Position numbers and translations under genes: made by a program. The notes under the pieces are model-generated. The model was not told the origin of the DNA, did no database searches, and saw only the letters and a program-made list of their open reading frames with translations. DNA of 63,029 bases, counting the filler, from Reticulomyxa filosa (lineage: Eukaryota > Protista > Foraminifera): the NCBI GenBank assembly GCA_000512085.1. It is 11 parts of 11 records of this genome, joined end to end, with 100 filler letters (N's around TTAATTAATTAA, not from the genome) between each part and the next. Parts side by side here need not be neighbours in the genome. Positions count along the whole stretch, not along the records: positions 1 to 28,482 come from ASPP01026168.1; 10 more parts are not named here. One strand, written 5' to 3'. This document shows positions 1 through 12,096 of the stretch, piece by piece; within the stretch, counting starts at the first letter, position 1; each line of letters begins with the position of its first letter.

Positions 1-38
<38 letters not shown>

Positions 39-90
39 GAGGGTGCTAAAAAAAAAAAAAAATGAACAAATGAAATAAAACTGTAAACAG

Positions 91-3000
91 AATCATTTGG
101 TTGGTCATTTGGGTCACAATCTGAGAAACATGCAATGCTTGCATTACCTGTTGACGTCGGATATTCGAAATGAAATCAGCCAAGAGCAAATTGACAGCGC
201 ACTGAATCGAGCGATAGAATTCCAGCACGAAAGTGTGGTGAAGGCGATAATGTCGTGGGAGTACTTGGACTCGAACAAGAAGAGCATGAGAGAGAGCGCA
301 CTGAACTTTGGGAAAGAGAAGTCGAAGATGGAACTGTTCTATCATTACTTGCGCCAAGGAATGAGTGAAAGCGACTTGGAATTTATGATGACCAAGTTGG
401 AGGAAGTAATGGTACAAATGATCGAAAACCACGAAATACTATCTACGGATGTGTTCAATTTGATTTGGATCCACAATAAAGACAATCTTTGGAACGCCAT
501 GCACTCGCAATGTCAAAAGATGTTACACGTCGATTCGCTCAGCGACAATGTGTGTGACTGGCAATGGATTCAATACCACGCTTTGGAGACAAATCATCTC
601 ATGTGTTGGTTGGACTATGACAACTCCGTCAAACACAGTAAGATGTTATCCAGAGATAAGTCAAAGCACAAGAGTATTAACAGCAATGGCAATCATCACA
701 GTCATATTCGTATCAATAATAATAGTAATAGCAATAGCAATAACAATAACAATAGCAATAGCAATAGCAATAGCAATAGCAATAGCAATAGCAATAGCAA
801 TAGCAATAGCAATAGCAATAGCAATAGCAATAGCAATAACAATGAAAATGGCAATGGTAATGAAAATGAAGAAAAAGACGAAGACGAAAACGAAAACGAA
901 AATGAAGATGAAAATGAAGATGAAAATGAAGATGAAGACGAAGAAGAGGAAAAACAATTGATACACACTAACTATATACGCAATGATGTTGCTCACGGAG
1001 ATCGCAAAACTGCAGCTCATAACTCGAAACACACGAAGCTGAAATGGGATGTGATACTGGACATAGCCAACAACGAGTTGAAAAAAGAAGAAACAAATTT
1101 CCAAGTGAAACTCAAACAAGACGTGGACAAAAACGAAAAAGAATTCGAACAGCTATGCCACTTCCATTGTGACGAGCTTATCAATCCCAAATTTTTGGGA
1201 AAAGAAAATAAAAAGAACTTGCGACAAGACAAAATCCCTTTCGGCGTTTGCGCTCAAATCACCGCTAAAGAGTTGGACGAAATGTCCCTATTTTGTAGCG
1301 AGTACTCATTCAATCCAAAACAGTCGTATGACTACAACATTTATTTGCATGAATTGTTACAACGAGCACATGCTTTGAATGACTCCTTTCAAAAGTTCAC
1401 TACTTCAACCAATCAATCAATCAATCTTTTTTTTTTTTTTTAAATAAATTAAAACATTATATACAATACATACGTACACAAATATGTACATATTATATAT
1501 ATACATATATGTACAAATATAAAATTGAAAGAGAGATGATGCACATGCTGTATGAATGCAAAGCGGATGAATGTGCGAAAGGACTCGTGAAAACACACGA
1601 ACGATGCAAATTGAAAGCAGAAGAGGAGTTTCGCAATGGCGCGTTTCCGAAATGTGCGCTGGTGATTGATGTAGTTCGGTGTTGTGCCATCTTTGATTCG
1701 ATAGAAAAGCTGCACAAAGGGTTGGAAATGTTCCGCGAGCAAATAAAGGCGTATCCGCGCAAAGAGAGCAAGAAAGAGATTCACCTCGAAATCATGCGCG
1801 TGAAGAACGGCTTTGCGCACTACAAGAGACAGCCCACGTCGCAAACGAACAGCGTGTACAGCGACAAATTGAGGCTCCCTATCCCAAGTACATTTACCAA
1901 TGTCAAGTTCAACATTATATTCACGGACCTGCGCCAAAAAGAAAGCGTTGTGGGTGAAGTCCAGTTCCTTCTCAAATCCATGGTCGAATTACATAAAAAG
2001 CAGTACAACTTTATTGAAATCAAAAGACGTGCCAATCACATACACGGTGTCTTTGAACAGTTCAATTTGAACACGTTCGACTTTCAATTGAAAATGGCTG
2101 GCTTCAATTCCGGGTCTTTGTGTCCTTTGATGCTCCATCATCCGTTGGAGTTTTGCAAGTCCGACTTGATTTTGAGAGGGCAAGACAACAGTGGCGACCA
2201 ATTCCTTGGGTCCATGGCCTACAACTGCAATGTCAAGTACCAATGTGCGAGGGAACTCATTCAACGTCTCATTCCACACAATGTCGTTCAAAAGCAATTG
2301 TTTACTGCGCCGCGGAGTGGTATATGTATTAATGCACCTTTTTTTTAATAAAAAAATAAATAAATAAATTATTATTTCTCTTTTTTATTTCCATTTCAAC
2401 TTTTCCTCCTCTCTTTATCCCTTTTTTTTTTCCCCCCTTGCGCAGGTGCTTATCCCTTCATGTACGCGATATGGAAGCAAACTTCTTTGGACGCTATCAA
2501 ATTGTTTGTACCAGAAGCTGCTGATCAATCCTTTTGGCATTACACTGACAGAGTTTCATTTGTGTCTTCGTCATATCACATAACGTACACATACACACAT
2601 GCAAACATATTAAAAAATAAACAAGCTTTTTTTTTTTTTTTGCAATAGCTTCGCTATTCGTTTTTACACTTTGGTGTTCGTAATATCAATGTGAAGTTGA
2701 TCGAGATCTTGAAATTCTTACAAACACACATATCACGACAAAAATGGGAAGAATATGTTGTGACCCAAGAATTGTCGGTATGTGTGGGACTTTCCTTCGT
2801 CAATATCTGCATTGTCCTAATGTTTTGAAAAAACTGAAAATCAAACCTTTTTTTTTTTTTTTGCAATTAATATGATGGGTTTGAGAATACAGCGTGGATT
2901 CACCCCTCTTCTTTTCGCCTTGTATTGGCAATTTGATATTTGCGAAGATGTTGTGAAATTACTCATTCCCGAAAATTATCACGAAAATTATGCGTTTTGG

Positions 3001-3867
3001 GAATGCACAACCAATGCCCGAGATGTTGAGTTAAAGAAAATACTAACAAAATAATTCTCTTTTCTTTTGATTTAGTGCACACATATATACATCACTTTGG
3101 GAACCAAAAGGACCAAGCCTCTGTCATTCACTTTGCTGGACGTCGTTTTAAAACTAATATTTTAGAATGTTTGCGAATATTACACAAATTTATGCCGTCG
3201 TCATCTTGGGAGACTTGCCTCAAAATGGTGGACAAAGTTTCGTATTTTTTCTTCGTTACAAAAAAAAAACGCTGTTTGTCATACGATATTCCACGCAGTT
3301 TTATGTGTGTTGTGTCCAATTAATCACGTATAGTATGGATATACTCCGATTATGTCCTGTTTACGATTTCAGCGAGATATTTGTGATGAAATGATTGACT
3401 TGTTAACTCCTCGGGAACTTCATATTCGTGACAATGAAATTAAAACAGAAGAAACAGAGCCTAAACATGGAGCTTGGAATTTCTGGGGACAAATCACTAC
3501 TGTATGTCTGCTCTTGTTCATTATCCTTTATTCTTATCAAACTATATTTGGCTTTTTTCTAAATAAAAAAATTGCCTAGAACTTGAGTGTTTTTCGTGGA
3601 GGAAATATTGTCCACTTGTGTTTGGCCAATCAATGTGGTAATGAGTTGGAACGATTACAGTGTCTGCGTAGACATATCCCACCAAAAATTTGGACATCTT
3701 TACTTTCGTCAAAAGACGATACACTGGTACGTATGCATTGTTCGTATTCTTTTCGAAACTGAATGTTAATGTTTGTTGTTCATGAATAGATGAAAGAAAC
3801 TCCTTTGGAATTAGCACAAAGAATGGAACCACCAACACAAATTTTAGATTTGCTAAGAGTTGATTAG
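91..3867 (+). CDS. Multi-exon, 5'-partial protein: Asn/Ser and acidic low-complexity region, divergent RelA/SpoT-like nucleotidyltransferase domain, C-terminal ankyrin-like repeats
   Basis: Acceptor ...aaacag| at 90. ORF 97-1443 joins ORF 1509-2348 through a GT-AG intron at 1395-1531 (DSFQK|EMMHML). Motifs GLVKTHERCKLK, DVVRC, RVKNGF and GEVQFLL are ordered like the Rel/SpoT synthetase motifs. Later exons encode GAYPFMYAIW, GFTPLLFALY, GYTPIMSCL and ETPLELA repeats. TAG at 3865-3867. Confidence 0.7.
715..950 (+). repeat. Coding (AATAGC)n Asn-Ser repeat followed by a GAA/GAT/AAT acidic repeat
   Basis: Tandem hexamer/trimer repeats directly visible and in frame with ORF 97-1443. Confidence 0.9.
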
Positions 3868-4008
3868 ACTGAACCATTTGTATTTCTTGAAAGACATTGT
3901 TTTTATTTTCCTTGAAAATTTGGCTTTAAAATAAAACTATTAAAAAACAACATTAACATTGGAGTGCCCTAAACTTGCAAACAACACATGCTCTCAGTCT
4001 CATCACCA

Positions 4009-7000
4009 CTACAACTCAATATCATTATTTGATGGTTCTGTATCTTGAGAAGTAAGGTCTTTGATAGCCTTTTGTGCTCGTTTGGAGGTTAAAGTGAACT
4101 TGTTGTCTTCGGACCAATGCATATAAGATTCCAGTCGTTTTTGTGCGGATGGTTTGTTGAGTATTGTATCAACGACAGGTTCCAAGGTCTTGTTTACGGT
4201 TTCGATGTCCCAACAAAATTTCAAATAGCACATTGTCTTAAGTTGTTCTACTTGTGGTTTTCCAAATTCAAATTTGTCCAAAGACGAGTCAACTAAAGGT
4301 TTCCAATAAGTTTGAATAACATCTTCAGATGGAAAATCTCTTGACACATACCAATGTTTTTTAATGTTGCGATGTTTCCATTTGAACCAATTTTTGTTAT
4401 GTTCGTTGTGTTCAATACCCCCATCATCCGAAGGATTTTCACGTAAAGGTTTTTTATCCATTACAGGGGAATAAATCCAATCGCGAAATTCTTGCAATCC
4501 TTTTATAACAGTGTCCATTTCTGTCGTTCCTGGTTCTTTATTGTTGCAGAAGGCTTGAATAATTTCTACTCCATTGACAATTCCAATTCCCTTAATTCCC
4601 TCTGTGTAATCTGATCCTAGCAGCATGGCCAATCCGATCAATTTTTCACGAGATAAGCCCATTTTGGTGCGAATAGTTGCAGCTTTATATTGTTCGACGT
4701 TCTTGTCCATGTGGAACAAATGACGATAGATGAGTTGTCCATCAAACAAAAACACATCACTATCGTCAGTAACCACACCATCAACCAAGCCCAGCCGATT
4801 TAATTCTGCACATTGAGCCTCTGCCTCGGCTGGAGAGACAATATACGGGATACCGAACATATCCAAAAGTTGTTTGCATTCCAATATCATGGCAGGAGTG
4901 ACCTGCGCTTGTTCAGACAATTTATCGTCCAAAAAGTCCATGGCAGACAGTTCTTCCTTGTTCTCCAAGTTGTTCCACTCTTCAAAAGTGCTTACATTCG
5001 GAGGAAGATCTTCCACAGCATGTTCATCATTTGAATGTATTTCAACTGAGTCTTTTGTCTCTGGCTGCACTTCTATTTTCATTTCTTGTGTCTCTTCATC
5101 GCTTTCAAAAGTGGGAACGTCAATTTTAAAATCAGAAGGAACTTCTACAGACAAATTTGATGGAGAAATAGCACGACGAGATGCTTGATTCTGCTCCTGC
5201 TCTTCTTCTTCTTCTTCTTCTTCTTCCTCTTCAATTTTCATTTCCATTTCTTTTTCTTTTTCGTTTTCATCAACCGCAGACACATGATCCTCTTGCATTT
5301 CAACCACAGGTTTGGTTTCATCCGAAGACATGATATCTTGCAATGAAACAGTTACATGTGTCCCTTGCGTTAGCTTTGCAATTCTGTGAAAATTCTGTCT
5401 TGTATTTTTCAAATCCATGATTGCGTTTGGTACTTTGTTTTCTGGCGAAGGATTTTGGGGCTTTGCACTTTCAACAGCACGAGGGGGCAACCCCAAATCG
5501 CTGAGTAGCACAGGCACCATTAATAGTGGTATGTTTTGAATTGTGTCGTGAGCATCAATATGGCCATCATTGCCATTGGTAGTGTTAGATTCCTTTGGAC
5601 AATCACACTGTGAGCAGTGATCAACCATGTGAGAATTTTGCCACATGCACGTCGCACAAACCCATGTCATGGAAGACGAGCTGTCTGAAATGGAAGAGTT
5701 ATGGATAGCATCAGAGGGGACAGTATTGGATTGAATAAGCGTGGTATTGGTACTGCTGCCCCACGTCCGTCGATCGTGTTCGCAAACCGCACACTTGTCG
5801 AGTTTGCCTTCGTTGAGATGTTCACACAACAGACACTTCCACGACCCTCCTAAGGACTGCTCACGCGGACAGTTGCAGACATCACACGCAGCCCTTTGTT
5901 TCAGATTCAAGTATTTGCATTTGCCACAACTCCAATGTTCGGCAATATAGGTGCCATTGGCCTGAACGGAGGAAGAAGACGAGGAAGAGAGCAAAATAGT
6001 CTGCGGTCGATATTGATTGTTTTTGTGTTTATTCCAATTTAATTTCCTCTTTTTTGTGGCTTTGTCATTCGCTTCAAAGTTGGAAGGATACTTTCTTTTA
6101 ACCGGAAATGGCTGTTGTTGTGCAAGCGTAGGATCATGTTCATCTTTGTTTTCATGCCAATAAGAGTAATGATAATAATGAGTATTCACCTCGCTTGCAA
6201 TGCGATGCATCTTTCCACGTCCGTGTTCTTGTTGAATTCCATTGCTATTGCCATTATTGCCATTGCTGTTGCCATGTTCATCTTTTGTCTTTTCCAACAA
6301 GTCTTTGTGGTATTCACTGATCATTTCTTCGCGGATTTTTTCGATTTGCGAATTCATTTGTGATGTTTTCAAGACTGTTCCAAAGGAAGAAGAGTGGGAC
6401 AAAGCACATCGAATCTGATCGACCCCTCCTCTCTTCCCAAGTGTTACATGCACATATATGTAATTTGTTCGAGTATATTTGGATAAGTTTTCAACTGACA
6501 ATTCGTCAATTGAACACTCGCGTATTGTTCGGGGTCGGTCGATGCCACGAGAAACTCTTGTCTGTTCTCTTGTCTCAGTTGGTCTCGCATGCGTTGCATT
6601 ATTTCGTATTGCATCGACGCCGGATACTGTGCAATCTCCGCGGCTGTCAAATCGGTCAAGTCGTCGGGGAGTTGAAAGATTTCCTCTTCATTGCCGTTAT
6701 TCTTCTTTCTACTCCTATTCAAGTGTCTCGTCTTATTCTCAATCTTATTCTTATTACTTGTATCTTCCAACGGTCTTGATAACTCCTCGTCGTCATCGTC
6801 ATGATCATCATGGTCATCATCATGGTCATCATCATTGTCATCATTGTCATCATTGTTTTCATTGTTTTCATTGTTATCGATCGATTCGTCATCCTCTTCT
6901 CTTTCTTCTTTCTTTTCTTCTTTCTCATTGCTTGTTTCGTGCTTCTTTACACTCACACTCTCCTCGAAAATAAATGTGGTATATGAATTGGTCGTTCCGT

Positions 7001-7400
7001 CCACTTGCTTTGTTTCCTCTTTTTCTTCGCCTTTCAGAGACTGTGTTCGCATCAGTTTCAATTGATGCCATAACAGTCTCTCTGCTGCTTTGCGAATGTC
7101 ATTTTCACTCGCCTCGCGGCGGATTCGTCGCATTTTTAACGTCGAGCGCTTCAGTGCTGGCGGGGGACCGTCGAATACAAATACTGGTCTTATATTGAAA
7201 AATGCTAGTTTACATATCCTTCGAAATAGTCCAAGCAAATGCGCGTTCGCTATCACTTCCCCATTTGGGTTCCGCATCGCTTTCAGGAACTGGACCAGCC
7301 AAAGTGACGCGTCTACTGCCAACACTAAGCCATTCAACGAATCCATCGAGATTGTAGTGCCAGAAGGCTCTAAGAGTTTCCATAAGCCGTCGACACCCAT
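4009..7400 (-). CDS. ERCC5: XPG/RAD2-family nucleotide excision repair endonuclease; 2 exons, intron 6375-6499
   Basis: XPG-N motifs MGVDGLWKLL, DASLWL, VFVFDG. XPG-I motifs EAEAQCA, TDDSDVFLF. H3TH motif LLGSDYTEGIKGIG. PIP-box-like QKRLESYM near the C-terminus. A GTCAGT...CAG intron joins QLTN|FLKTSQMN, which explains the two overlapping ORFs. Confidence 0.93.
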
Positions 7401-7675
7401 TAATAAATAATGCTTATGGAAAGGGAATCCTCAAATAAATAAACATTCCGTTTTGGAAACCAAATTGTCAAAGAAACAGTTCCCCAAAGTTAAGTCATCT
7501 TTAAAAAACTTTTTTAAAGTGACACGTAATTTAAATGAATTGTCGCACTTGCGTTTGTTTTCCTTGAAGGAAAGATTTTTTAAATTCTTCGGTTTAAAAG
7601 TGAGAGACGAAAAGTTTTTATTTTTTTTCTTGCCACTTTTCAAAAAAAAGTGCAATTTTAGCACATTGAATAAAA
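7401..7675. promoter_or_regulatory. Probable bidirectional promoter between XPG and the amino-acid transporter
   Basis: Head-to-head ATGs at 7400 (-) and 7676 (+), 275 nt apart; no specific motif identified. Confidence 0.4.
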
Positions 7676-9733
7676 ATGAAAAGCAAAAATTCTCCGGTTG
7701 CCGATTTGGTTCATGTTCGTGATGGAGGAGGTACTACGATTGGCTTTTGGGGAGGTTGTCAATTGCTTGTAAATAACATGGCTGGTCCTGCCTTGGTGCT
7801 GTTGCCTAGTCTGTTCCAAGAAGCAGGATACTTGCCAGTGTCGATTGTTTTAATAATAACAGCCATATTATCAGGGATTGATGGCTGGATGTTAACAGAA
7901 GCTCTTCGGAGGATACCCGGCAACCACGATCTGTCTTTGCACGCAGAATACACTTCATTATTGGAACACTATTTACCAAAGACAGCGCACAAATGTTGTT
8001 TGATGGTATATTTGTTATCGTTGATGTCACTGTTAATGTCCAATATTATTCAATCAGCACAAGTTTGTCTTTATTTCGGTTCCTATTTTTTGATTTTCCC
8101 TCCCCTCCTTCTTTCCCTAACCATAACTTTTTTAATGTAAAAAAAAAAAAAAGGTGACTGACTTGGCTATTCGTGATATGTTTGGTTGTTCGTATGGATT
8201 GGAGTTGTATGGCTACCACCATGAAAGCGAAACGACACATGTGATGCGTCTCATATGTGGCGAAATAAAGCATAACATAACCCCATTCGAAGACAACAGC
8301 ATTGTATTAAGCAGCGGTTTCATATTGCTGGGGTTGATCTGCATGATGTTTAGCAACAAAAACTTGAATGACAATATTATTTTGCAATGGATTGCAAATA
8401 TTGGTTTGTGCGTGTTGGTGTCGATATGGCTATACGTATTTTCCAAGCAAAAGACATTCGACTCTCATCGAATCCCATTTGCCACATGGCGTTTCGACCA
8501 CGTTTTAGGCGTGGTCTTATTTAACTTTGCATTTATTGGTAAGTTTATATTTGTGTATTGTTATCACTACAATTTAACAAACGTTTTAATTATCAGTTAT
8601 TATTATTATTTTTTTTTTTTTTTTTTAAATTGAGGAGAGTTACGATCCCTTCGTGGGTAAACGAAAAGAGAGCAGAGGTATCGATTGTGATGACACTGAT
8701 ATCTTCGTTATCATTTGTAGTGGTATTGTTCGGACTGATTGGCATATTGGGAGGCATGTCGTACGAGAATTTCTTTCAGAGCTCGAGCAACTTGTTTACG
8801 GCGTTGGACAGTAGCGGATCATTAGGGAGGTGGACGGTGTATCTGTTTCCAATTGTGCAAACAGTCACGTCCATTCCTGTGTTCAGCATTGTCATTCGAT
8901 ACAATTTGGAAGACTACGGCTTTGATCGCACACGTGCCAACATTGTTGCCATTATGTTGCCATGGCTGTTTTCCATCTTTTTATACACTGGCGAAGGATT
9001 CAATGAGCTTTGTGATTGGTCCGGCACTTTTTTGGCGTCATTCGTAAACTTCATTTTGCCACCTTATCTCTACATTCGAGCGCTACAAGAAGTCGATATG
9101 AAGTTGGTCGGGGAATTAAGGGATATTAGCAACAACAACAACAACAACAACAACTTGAAAATGGAAATCGAAATGCACAAAATAGACGAACGCATTGACA
9201 ATCCTAACAAAAATACCAATGACAATACTGCAAGTCTTGCAGAGAATGATATTGCAAATACAAATGAGGAAGATAACGAAGATGACGATGATAAAGCGCA
9301 AGAGATGATGTCATTGCTACACGTCCACACAGATCGCTCTATGAACAAAAATGTTTCAGACGAGGTTGTAAACAAGAAGTTGGAAGATGAAAAAAGAGAC
9401 TTTCGAGGAAATGATGAGTTCTCATTAGTAAATAGAGAACTGGAAACTGTGGATGATGTGTCACAAAGTAAAACTGAATTGCTTCTGTTAAGAAAACGAA
9501 ATCATTGTAATACCTCTTCACAATCCTTGTCAGCACAGAACGGGACAACGAAAACTAAAAATAAACTTAGACTTCGCAATCGACTGGAAACTGAAAAAAC
9601 AGGCTTTTCTCAAACTCCTGATCAAGGGTTAATATGGCGATTAAGACTTGCTTATGCTTGTTTATATCTCGCATTTGCTTTGACACTATTTGTCATTGGT
9701 CAAAAAATTATCATTGGAGATGTTGCGCGCTAA
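7676..9733 (+). CDS. Amino acid transporter (Aa_trans/AAAP family); introns 8063-8153 and 8539-8639
   Basis: Motifs LLVNNMAGPALVLLPSLFQEAGY, GVVLFNFAFIVTIPSWVNEK and SIPVFSIVIRYNL, plus many hydrophobic segments. The GT-AG introns keep the frame. Confidence 0.85.
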
Positions 9734-10268
9734 CAATTTTTGTTGTTATTTTCATTTTATATTACAAACAAAAATGTTTTAATATGATATTGAGAACATC
9801 ACACAAACTTAAAATATTCCGCTACAATATAAATTCTCTTTCATGAAATCACCAAATCTTTCATCTACCAAAAAGTAACAAGTATCACTCCGGATCCTAT
9901 TATTAGATCTTAAAAATTTGTATCTCTAGCTTGAAATTACTTGCAAGACCTTTTTTCTTGCCAAAATTATTCATATTTGAACTATAAAACATAATATTGG
10001 CCTGGCAAGTAATTTAGATTTGTGAACATATTTCAATAGTATAAAGTAGTATATATGGATAATTTGATAATGCTTGAATATTGATATTATTTGTGACAAT
10101 TTCTCTTAAAAAATGTAATAAAAAGTAGTCCTCGCAAAAGATATTACTTGGACAATTGCTATTTTTTGCGATTTTCATTTCTTAAAACAAAAAACCTGCT
10201 TTACCAAGGATCACCCAAGCCTTTTCAGTTTTTTCTGGACTAGCTCGCTGTAAAAAGTTTAGCGAATT

Positions 10269-11068
10269 ATGCAGTCAGATTCTGATTGGTCAGAAGTAAG
10301 CGATGTACAACAAGGTCATTGGGATATTTTACCCGTCGCCGTAAATTCTGCCGAGCAGAATCCACGAAGTAATTCCGAGGACGGTGACGAGGTGTCCAGT
10401 GTTCAAAGTAGTGAACTTGTGGAGGAGTGGACAAACCTGCAAACTCAATCTGGGGAAGCAAAAACAACAAACGAGAATGCACAATTTCATAACTCAGTAA
10501 TTGAAGAAGTCGTTGATGAAAATGTGATTGCTGAGGTTCCACAGCCAGAGAGTTCAACCACGACTACTTTGCACAATGTGAATATTTTGGCGGAGTTGGA
10601 GAGGCAACGTGAAGAAATCCAAAGACTGAGACAACAATTAGAAGAAAAGCAAAGAGAAAGAGATCAAGTTTTGTTAAAGCATGGATAAAAACATGAGAGA
10701 AGTAACTTTGGATGGGGAAAAATAAACTACTTTGCAAAGAAATTTCTCTTGAATTTTCTTCTATTGTCTATGATCACTGATCACACTGACAGGCGGTGAT
10801 GGCAATGGAAGAAGCAAAAGCACAGCAAAATCGAAACGTGACGGAATTAGAGCATTTACGTGATTTTAATGGACGCATTGTCCAACAAAACACGGCTTTG
10901 CGAAACATGATTGCAAAGAACAAGCGCCGTAACATTGACGAAAATACGGCCAATGGTGCCAAACGTCATAACAAGCCTCAGCGAAAACCAACTGTTCCAG
11001 CCAAATTAAGATTTCGAAGATCAAGAACTACTCATCGCAGTGTGTTCATGCATCAAAGAAAGTGGTAA
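10269..11068 (+). CDS. Hypothetical coiled-coil protein, 2 exons
   Basis: ORFs 10269-10688 and 10796-11068 can be joined by GAT CAA|GTTTTG...GACAG|GCG. Acidic N-terminus, heptad-rich middle, basic C-terminus. Confidence 0.55.
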
Positions 11069-12096
11069 TGAAAACAGAAAGTCCACGAGCTCAATAAAAG
11101 AGATTTGTTTGTGTTGGATTTTCTATTTTGTTTGGTGACTCTCGCTTTCTTCTCATTGTTTTGTTTGGTTCGGTTTGGTTTTTGGTTTTTGGTTTTTCTA
11201 AATGGCAGTGTCTGAAGTTTTTTCGTAAATTTGTTGGAAAAGAGTGAACATTTCCAACGATAAAACGCAACTCTATCACTCTGAAAACTTTATAAAGTGG
11301 TCCAATTTGCATGCTATTTAACAACAAAATTATATAGGGATACAAGTTAGGGATACAATTGGTTGCAAAATATAACCACACAGTACAAAATTTCCTTTTA
11401 TTTGTTTGTAGGTAAATCTTTCATAATATTATTCAATATCGTTAGAAAATTGTAAATTGATACTCTCTTGGCACCAGAAATATTATCAAGTGTTGCTTCA
11501 GGACGTGAGTAACTAAGTGAAAAATATTGATAAAATTGATTAAATATGTGAACAATTTTCAAATCTAAGGTTCTTTTTACACTTGTAATCTTATATTAAA
11601 ACTTTCAATATTATTTTAGTTTTTTTTGTTATGAAGAAATTGTGTTATAAGATACTCTGGCCAAATTAGTTTTCATCACGTTTAAAAAAACGTTGGAATG
11701 GTGTAGTTTTTGTTTTTTCAAAAACAAGTTTCTGCACTTTATTTTAAAAGAGTAATATTTTGCGCACTCTTAACAAATTTTAGCAACATGTCAACAGAGG
11801 CAGATACTAAAAACATTATAGTCTCAGGTACGTCATTGAGTATGAAACTTGTTTTGCATGTTACTTCTTTCTTCTTTTGTTAGCAACACCACTGGTCTCT
11901 TCTTGAATAATTACCAATTTCTGCTTAAAAAATGTGAATTGACAGCTTCGGTTGAGGGCAAAAACCAATTTAAAAAAGTAGAAGGCATAGCATCGGGGTA
12001 CGATCTTTTTCTGCATTTTCCCCTCGGTCCATTCTTTTTGTGCATAATGAAAGGGACACAAGGGTTTAAAAAGACAAACAACACTTTTAAAAAAAA

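Noticed and set aside
548-1119. Alternative-frame ORFs with poly-IA/poly-L runs
   Set aside because: Shadow frames of the Asn-Ser repeat
6375-6501. Overlapping XPG ORFs suggesting a programmed frameshift
   Set aside because: A canonical 125-nt GT-AG intron restores the conserved sequence
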